In this document: positions 57,724 to 64,000 of the stretch, in pieces
Layout: each line of letters opens with the position of its first letter
How positions within the stretch are numbered: the stretch's first letter is position 1
From: Bryobacteraceae bacterium
Lineage (GTDB): Bacteria; Acidobacteriota; Terriglobia; Bryobacterales; Bryobacteraceae
DNA length: 64,000 nucleotides
NCBI GenBank assembly: GCA_025980435.1
Contig: JAICXK010000001.1
Span: forward strand, 4,686-68,685
Direction of reading: 5' to 3'
Notes under the pieces: generated by a model
What the model was told of the DNA's origin: nothing
The model's input: only the letters and a program-made list of their open reading frames with translations
Database searches by the model: none
Program-made: the position numbers and the translations under genes

Positions 57724-59696
57724 TGGCCTATTTCCTTCTCGAAATCGGCGCTGAAGAGATTCCTGATTGGATGATTGAGCCGGCGCTGGAAGACCTGCGA
57801 ATAAGATTCCAGGCCGCGTTCGCTGCATTCGGCGGTTCGGCGCTGATAACGGAAGCGACGCCGCGGCGACTGGTTCTGCTCGCCAAGGATTTGAATGAAA
57901 AAGCCCCTGACGTGGAGAGCGTCTTTCAGGGACCTTACATCTCAGCAGGAGCGAAGGCCGCGGAAGGTTTCGCAAGAAAGTGCGGGATCGAGGTGGACCG
58001 GCTGGCGAAGATGCAGGATGCCAAGGGCGAGCGGTACGTGTTCCATCAGCTCACAAAAGGCCAGCCGCTGGCCGCGGCTCTGAGCGAGAAACTGCCCGAG
58101 ATCATCGCGGGGATTCATTTTCCCAAAAGCATGTATTGGACCGGCAAAGGCGGCGTGCGGTTTATCCGGCCGATCCGCTGGATTCTGGCACTGCTCGACG
58201 ATCAAGTGATCCCATTCGAAGTCGCCGGCGTGAAATCGGGCAATACGACACGCGGTCATCGCATCCTGGGCCCAAAGCATCCAATTCCCGTTACGATCGA
58301 GAACTACGACGAACAGGTGCTGCCCGCTAACTTTGTTATCGTGCATGCCGGAGAACGCAAGCGGCGCATCGAAGCCGGGCTCGGGCCGGATGTTCACAAG
58401 GATGCCGACTTGCTTCGCACACTCGTCTATCTCACGGAATTCCCAACGCCTATTCGCGGCAGCTTCGATCCGTCGTTTCTAGAACTGCCGCAGGAGATCC
58501 TGTCGACCGTAATGCGTCATCATCAGCGCTATTTCTCGGTAATCAAAGAGGATGGATCTCTGGCGCCAGAATTCGTTGCCGTAACGAATACGAATGCCGA
58601 TCCCGACGGGCTAATCCGCCAAGGGAATGAGCGTGTTCTGCGGGCGCGCTTTAACGACGCCCGATTCTTCTGGAAGGTCGATCAACAGAAGAAGCTGTCA
58701 GCCCGCCTGCCGGACCTGGAGAAGGTAACGTTCCAGGCGAAGCTTGGCAGTTATAAGGACAAGACCGAACGGGTGGTAAAGCTTGCCTCTTCACTGGCCG
58801 CGCAGACCGGCGCGGACGCAAATACGGTTGAAGTTGCAGCCCTGCTGTGCAAATGCGACCTCACGACCGACATGGTGAAAGAATTCACCGACCTACAGGG
58901 TGTGGTAGGCGGGCTTTACGCGAAGGCGCAGGGCGAAGATGACGCCGTTGCAACCGCCATCTACGACCACTACAAACCGGTGGGCATGGACGACTCCATC
59001 CCGCGGACGCTCGAAGGACAAATCGTCTCCATTGCCGACAAGCTCGACACGCTGCGCGAATGCTTCAAGATCGGAATGGCTCCGACCGGCTCGAAAGACC
59101 CATTTGCGCTCCGCCGCGCCGCACAAGGCGTTGTGAAAATCCTCTTCGAAGCGCGCCTGGAATTGCCGTTGTTCCCCTTGATCGAAGATGTTCCCCCACT
59201 TGGCGCGTTCATCAAGGAAAGAATTCAATTTTATTTGCGGGAGGTACTCGGCTTCGCTTACGACGAAGTGAACGCGGTTCTGGCCGCCCCGCTGACCACC
59301 ATACCCGACCTGGCAGACCGAGCCGATGCGATCCACTATATCCGGCCAACCGCCGATTTCGAGCCGCTGGCCGCCAGCTTCAAGCGAATCAAAAACATCC
59401 TGGTGCAGGCCGGCGCGGAAGGGCCCATGATGATTCGTGCCGATCTGCTGACGGCTGGCCCTGAACGCGAGTTGTATGAGGCCACCGGCCGCGTTCTCAG
59501 CAGCATTCAGCATCGTCCATACAGAGACCAATTGGCCTCCATCGCGTCCCTACGGCCGGGTGTCGATTTGTTCTTCGATAAAATTCTAGTGAACGACCCA
59601 GATCCGGCGATCCGGCAGAACCGTCTGGCCTTGCTCTACAGCCTGCTGACGGAGTTCTCAACCATCGCTGATTTTTCCGAAATCGTCACAAGTTAG
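57723..59696 (+). CDS. glyS: glycine--tRNA ligase beta subunit
   Basis: Start at ATG 57723 (TAATG overlap with glyQ), [14 protein letters not shown]... Conserved blocks LTEFPTPIRGSFDPSFLELPQEIL and KDPFALRRAAQGV. Confidence 0.95.
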   Translation: MAYFLLEIGAEEIPDWMIEPALEDLRIRFQAAFAAFGGSALITEATPRRLVLLAKDLNEKAPDVESVFQGPYISAGAKAAEGFARKCGIEVDRLAKMQDAKGERYVFHQLTKGQPLAAALSEKLPEIIAGIHFPKSMYWTGKGGVRFIRPIRWILALLDDQVIPFEVAGVKSGNTTRGHRILGPKHPIPVTIENYDEQVLPANFVIVHAGERKRRIEAGLGPDVHKDADLLRTLVYLTEFPTPIRGSFDPSFLELPQEILSTVMRHHQRYFSVIKEDGSLAPEFVAVTNTNADPDGLIRQGNERVLRARFNDARFFWKVDQQKKLSARLPDLEKVTFQAKLGSYKDKTERVVKLASSLAAQTGADANTVEVAALLCKCDLTTDMVKEFTDLQGVVGGLYAKAQGEDDAVATAIYDHYKPVGMDDSIPRTLEGQIVSIADKLDTLRECFKIGMAPTGSKDPFALRRAAQGVVKILFEARLELPLFPLIEDVPPLGAFIKERIQFYLREVLGFAYDEVNAVLAAPLTTIPDLADRADAIHYIRPTADFEPLAASFKRIKNILVQAGAEGPMMIRADLLTAGPERELYEATGRVLSSIQHRPYRDQLASIASLRPGVDLFFDKILVNDPDPAIRQNRLALLYSLLTEFSTIADFSEIVTS

Positions 59697-59712
59697 GGGA
59701 TACATATCAGAA

Positions 59713-62451
59713 ATGAAGAAACAAGTTTACTCGTTTGGCGGAGGTACGGCCGAAGGCGACGGGAAGATGCGCGACATTCTCGGCGGCAAAGGCGCTGGCC
59801 TCGCCGAAATGAGCAAAGCCGGCGTGCCGGTTCCTCCGGGCTTCACGATCTCGACGGAAGTTTGCAGCCTCTTCTTTGAAAACGGAAACCGCGTGCCGAA
59901 CGGAGTGGATGAACAGATCCACACGGCTCTTGAAAAGCTGCAGCACGAGATGGGTAAGAAATTGGGCGGTATCGATGATCCGCTGCTTCTTAGTGTCCGC
60001 TCCGGCGCGAAGTTTTCCATGCCGGGCATGATGAACACCATCCTCAACCTTGGGCTGAACGACGATACGACCGAAGGTCTGGCGCGCAAAACGGGCAATT
60101 CGCGTTTCGCCTACGATTGCTACCGCCGCTTCATCCAAATGTTCGGCGAAGTGGCTCTGCATATCGATATGGCGAAGTTCGACCATATTTTCGACGCGCG
60201 CAAAGCCAAAATAAAGGCGAAGCTCGATACCGATCTGACTGCCGAGGACCTGAAGGCCATCATCAACGATTACAAAAAGCTGGTGAAGAAGGAAACCGGG
60301 AATGAGTTCCCTCAGAACGCTTTTGAGCAGCTTACGCTGGCTCGCGATGCGGTCTTCAATTCCTGGAATACGCCGAAAGCGATTTACTATCGCCGGATGG
60401 AGAAGATACCGGATTCCATCGGCACCGCCGCAAACGTGCAGGCGATGGTGTTCGGCAACATGGGCGAGAACTCCGGAACGGGCGTCGGCTTCACACGCAA
60501 TCCTTCCTCCGGTGAAAAGGTTTTCTATGGCGAGTTTCTTGTCAACGCGCAGGGTGAAGACGTGGTGGCTGGCATCCGCACTCCGCAGCCTATCGCCGAA
60601 CTCGAGCAGGTGATGCCCGAAGCGTATAGACAACTGCGCGAAATCACTTCGAATCTGGAGCGGCATTACCGCGACGTTCAGGATTTCGAGTTCACCATCG
60701 AAGAAGGCAAGCTGTATATGTTGCAAACCCGGAACGGCAAGCGGACGGGCCCGGCCGCGGTTCGCATTGCCGTCGATATGGTGGAAGAAGGGTTGATCTC
60801 AAAGCGCGAGGCGGTTCACCGGGTTGTGCCGAATCAGTTAGATCAACTTCTGCACCCCGTACTGGACCCTGGGAAACGCAAGGGTTTGCAGAAGATAGCC
60901 ACGGGTTTGCCGGCATCCCCCGGCGCCGCGGTCGGGCGCGTGGCGTTCTCCTCCGAAGATGCTGTAGATCTGGCTGCGAAGGGCCCCGTCATTCTTGTCC
61001 GTAAAGAAACCACACCGGATGATATTCACGGAATGGACGTTTCAAAAGGCATTCTCACTGCTGTCGGCGGGCTTACCAGCCATGCGGCGGTGGTGGCGCG
61101 CGGAATGGGGCGGCCCTGCGTGGTAGGCGCGTCATCGGTTGCTGTAGATGAGACCAGGAAGCAGGCAACTATCCTTTTCGAAGGAAAAAGACTGCTGTTG
61201 AAAGAAGGCGACTGGATCTCGCTGGACGGCACGCTGGGTGAAGTCTATCTGGGCCAGTGCAAGACCAACGAGCCCGACCCGAAATCGCATTATTTCGCGA
61301 CCTTCATGGAATGGGCCGACGAGTTTCGCGGCGGCTTCGGCGTACGCGCAAACGCCGACATTCCACGCGACGCGAAGCAGGCGCGGCTGTACGGCGCCGA
61401 AGGGATTGGCCTTTGCCGCACGGAGCACATGTTCTTCGCTGAAGATCGCATTGCGCACATGCAGGCGATGATTCTGGCCCGCGACGAGAAGACCCGCAGG
61501 AAGGCGTTGCAGAAATTGTTGCCGATGCAGCGCAAAGATTTCGCCGGGCTGTTCCAGGCGATGGATGGTTTCCCGGTCGTGATTCGGACCCTGGATCCAC
61601 CGCTGCACGAGTTTCTGCCTAAGCGCGAGAACCTGATGGTCGATATCGCCAGGCTGCCGCACGCAGGCTTGAAAGATAAGAAGGAAATGGCGGCGACGTA
61701 CAACATCGGCGTGGGCGAACTGAAGAAGCATCTTCCCCAACTGCTGGAGCGAGTGGAAGAGCTGCACGAGTTTAACCCGATGCTCGGCCATCGCGGCTGC
61801 CGGTTAGGCATTACTTATCCCGAAGTGACAGAGATGCAGGTGCGCGCCATTTTCGAAGCAGCCGTCCAGGTTGCGAAGAAGGGCGTGAAGGTCATTCCGG
61901 AAGTGATGATTCCGCTCATCGGTAATGTCAAAGAGTTCGAGAACCAGAAGGCGATCACGGTGCGGGTTGCTGAAGAGGTTCTCGGCGCAGCCGGCATGAA
62001 GAACCTGAAATATTACGTGGGAACGATGATTGAGATTCCGCGTGCGGCCTTGACAGCGGATGAAGTAGCGCGGGAAGCCGAATTCTTCAGCTTCGGCACC
62101 AATGATCTGACCCAGACCACCATGGGGCTTTCCCGCGATGACTACACGAAATTTTCGAAGCAGTACGAGAATCTGAAGATTTTCAAAGCAGATCCGTTTG
62201 CCGTTCTCGATCAAGATGGAGTCGGTAAGATTATCGAACTGGCTGTCAAGCTTGGGCGAAAAACCCGGCCTGATCTCGAGGTCGGCATTTGCGGTGAGCA
62301 CGGCGGCGAGCCGAGCTCGGTTGAGTTCTGCTACCGCGTTGGCATGAACTACGTCTCTTGCTCGCCGTATCGTGTGCCGATCGCGCGCCTTGCAGCGGCG
62401 CAAGCCGCCATTGCGGGCGAAAGTAAGGCCGAAGCGCAGCGGACCGCTTAG
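59713..62451 (+). CDS. ppdK: pyruvate, phosphate dikinase
   Basis: 912 aa. ATP-grasp N-domain (GGKGAGLAEMSKAGVPVPPGFTIST), phospho-His swivel (GGLTSHAAVVARGMG) and PEP-utilising TIM domain (FFSFGTNDLTQT, CGEHGG). Confidence 0.96.
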   Translation: MKKQVYSFGGGTAEGDGKMRDILGGKGAGLAEMSKAGVPVPPGFTISTEVCSLFFENGNRVPNGVDEQIHTALEKLQHEMGKKLGGIDDPLLLSVRSGAKFSMPGMMNTILNLGLNDDTTEGLARKTGNSRFAYDCYRRFIQMFGEVALHIDMAKFDHIFDARKAKIKAKLDTDLTAEDLKAIINDYKKLVKKETGNEFPQNAFEQLTLARDAVFNSWNTPKAIYYRRMEKIPDSIGTAANVQAMVFGNMGENSGTGVGFTRNPSSGEKVFYGEFLVNAQGEDVVAGIRTPQPIAELEQVMPEAYRQLREITSNLERHYRDVQDFEFTIEEGKLYMLQTRNGKRTGPAAVRIAVDMVEEGLISKREAVHRVVPNQLDQLLHPVLDPGKRKGLQKIATGLPASPGAAVGRVAFSSEDAVDLAAKGPVILVRKETTPDDIHGMDVSKGILTAVGGLTSHAAVVARGMGRPCVVGASSVAVDETRKQATILFEGKRLLLKEGDWISLDGTLGEVYLGQCKTNEPDPKSHYFATFMEWADEFRGGFGVRANADIPRDAKQARLYGAEGIGLCRTEHMFFAEDRIAHMQAMILARDEKTRRKALQKLLPMQRKDFAGLFQAMDGFPVVIRTLDPPLHEFLPKRENLMVDIARLPHAGLKDKKEMAATYNIGVGELKKHLPQLLERVEELHEFNPMLGHRGCRLGITYPEVTEMQVRAIFEAAVQVAKKGVKVIPEVMIPLIGNVKEFENQKAITVRVAEEVLGAAGMKNLKYYVGTMIEIPRAALTADEVAREAEFFSFGTNDLTQTTMGLSRDDYTKFSKQYENLKIFKADPFAVLDQDGVGKIIELAVKLGRKTRPDLEVGICGEHGGEPSSVEFCYRVGMNYVSCSPYRVPIARLAAAQAAIAGESKAEAQRTA

Positions 62452-62467
62452 CCGCACCGCGTATAAG

Positions 62468-64000
62468 ATGCGCTCTGCCGTCGAGTCGCTGGGTCTGATC
62501 GGCCTTCCGGCTCCGATCCGCGACTTGGCTGCCCGCCAATGGGATGCGATTATCGTCGGCGCGGGGCACAACGGCCTCACATGTGCGGCCTATCTCGCCC
62601 GGGCCGGGAAACGCGTCCTTGTGCTGGAATCGCGCGGCCGCCTTGGCGGCGCCTGCACCATCGAAGAACCGTGGCCCGGTGTTCGCCTTTCGCCCTGCGC
62701 CTATCTCGCGGGTCTTTTGCATCCGCTCGTTATTGAAGAACTGGGGCTTCCCGAACGCGGTTACTCCTGGACCCCCGCCAGCAACGGCTTGTTCGTCCCT
62801 TTCGAAGACGGCAGCAGCGTGCAACTCTATGACGACGACGAACGGTGCGCAGCGGAGATCGCCCGCCTTTCACCGCGTGACGTGGGCGGTTGGCGCGCGA
62901 TGAGCGATGTCATTCGCCGTACGCGCGACGCAATCCGCCCGGCCGGCGATCGTGATATGTGGATCGGCGAGGCGCCCACGCGCGAACAGATTGAGGACCG
63001 CCTCGGAGACGATTCTGAAGCCCGTGCGCTCCTGTTTGAGTGGTCCATGTCTGAGTTCATAGAACGTTATCTCGACGATGAGCGGCTGCAGATCGCCTAC
63101 CTCGGCCAGGGCGTCATCGGGACGAACGCCAGCCCGTTCGACCCCGGCACCGCGTCCATCCGTTTTCATCATTCTTCCGGCCGCCTGGGCGGCCTGTCCG
63201 GCGCGTGGGGCTACGTCCAAGGCGGCATGGGCATGGTGTCGTTTTTTATCGCCGATGTCGCGCAAGAAGCGGGCGCCGTGATCGCTTCAGGAGCGGCGGT
63301 ATCACGGATCGCTCCCGGCGAAGGCGTGCTGCTCGATGGCGGCGAACGCATCCGCGCCGGCATTGTGATCTCAAACGCAGATCCCCGTACGACGCTTCGC
63401 CTTCTGCATGGTTCGGTGGACGCAGACTGGCGCGCACAAGTGGAGTCGATCCCCATTACTGGCTGCACGCTCAAACTGAATGTCTGGCTGCGCGAACTGC
63501 CGAATTTTCGCGCGCGCCCCGGTACATGGGAGCCACAGCATTTCGGCCAGATCAATACACCCTTAAATAAGCAGGAGTGGAAGAACAGCTATGCCAGCGC
63601 GCGCAACGGCCGACTGCCCGACCACCTCTGGACCGAACTTTACTTTCAGAGCGTGCATGACCGCTCCGTAGCTCCCGAAGGCACGCATACCATGAGCATC
63701 TTTTCGCAATACGTGCCCTACGCGTTTGACGAGGGGGACTGGAATGGGCACCGCGAAGCGGCAAAGGATCGCGCGCTCGGCGCATTGGCGCGTTTCTGCA
63801 GCAATATTCCCGACGCCGTGATCGAGGCCGAAGCTCTGGGGCCTCCGGACATTGAGAAGAAAGTCGGCCTGACGGGCGGGCATATTTTTCAGGGTGAATG
63901 CCTGCCGCCGTATATGTGGAGCAATCGCTTGCAGTATCGAACCCCTATGCCCGGTGTCTATCTTTGCGGCGCGTGTACGCACCCCGGGGGTAGCGTCATT
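62468..64000 (+). CDS. NAD(P)/FAD-dependent oxidoreductase, phytoene-desaturase-related (COG1233/PYROXD2-like); 3' end outside the window
   Basis: Not in the ORF track because it has no stop in the window. My own translation from ATG 62468 gives MRSAVESLG...WDAIIVGAGHNGLTCAAYLARAGKRVLVLESRGRLGGAC (dinucleotide-binding GxGxxG ... E ... GG), open for 511 codons to the window edge and ending ...GVYLCGACTHPGGSVI. Confidence 0.85.
   Translation, partial: MRSAVESLGLIGLPAPIRDLAARQWDAIIVGAGHNGLTCAAYLARAGKRVLVLESRGRLGGACTIEEPWPGVRLSPCAYLAGLLHPLVIEELGLPERGYSWTPASNGLFVPFEDGSSVQLYDDDERCAAEIARLSPRDVGGWRAMSDVIRRTRDAIRPAGDRDMWIGEAPTREQIEDRLGDDSEARALLFEWSMSEFIERYLDDERLQIAYLGQGVIGTNASPFDPGTASIRFHHSSGRLGGLSGAWGYVQGGMGMVSFFIADVAQEAGAVIASGAAVSRIAPGEGVLLDGGERIRAGIVISNADPRTTLRLLHGSVDADWRAQVESIPITGCTLKLNVWLRELPNFRARPGTWEPQHFGQINTPLNKQEWKNSYASARNGRLPDHLWTELYFQSVHDRSVAPEGTHTMSIFSQYVPYAFDEGDWNGHREAAKDRALGALARFCSNIPDAVIEAEALGPPDIEKKVGLTGGHIFQGECLPPYMWSNRLQYRTPMPGVYLCGACTHPGGSVI

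Noticed and set aside
59707-62580. Series of long minus-strand ORFs (59707..60726, 61132..61791, 61290..61811, 61804..62580)
   Set aside because: All are antisense to ppdK or the FAD oxidoreductase gene, and their composition is typical of non-coding frames.

Overview
GC-rich bacterial chromosomal segment with no transposase, integrase, phage genes or CRISPR array visible. The gene content suggests an Acidobacteriota (Solibacter/Bryobacter-like) genome: two very large CarboxypepD_reg/TonB-type outer-membrane proteins, a CRTAC1/ASPIC-UnbV FG-GAP protein, many TPR proteins and Tat-signal enzymes. That taxonomic call is inference only.

Gene order, left to right:
- a carboxylesterase fragment, a cupin, a flavodoxin pseudogene, an IorAB-type molybdenum oxidoreductase pair and a decayed AraC regulator;
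- a YtrA-type GntR-ABC operon and a cytochrome c-PQQ propeller protein;
- a translationally coupled marR-clc-yjbQ operon, divergent from imuA-imuB, which has no adjacent dnaE2;
- glgX, yggX and a DUF169 gene;
- a fused acyl-AMP ligase / carrier domain / lysophospholipid acyltransferase gene;
- a dioxygenase/carboxylesterase pair and tRNA-Gln(CUG);
- a CehA-like gene whose 3' part is duplicated as a 92-bp direct repeat on the far side of a TonB-receptor gene;
- a DJ-1 gene and an orphan gene;
- a complete suf locus: sufA divergent from sufBCDSU, a DUF59 gene and an Rrf2 regulator;
- a TPR / CRTAC1 / 1208-aa outer-membrane protein / TPR cluster;
- housekeeping genes: ligA, efp, recO, glyQS, ppdK and a partial FAD oxidoreductase gene at the right edge.

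I found no recognisable defence or mobile system. The best candidates for undescribed biology are the ligase-carrier-acyltransferase fusion, the TPR/CRTAC1/outer-membrane-protein cluster, the 92-bp repeat-bounded segment, and several orphan secreted or small proteins. All family assignments come from reading motifs in the supplied translations by eye. No database search was run.
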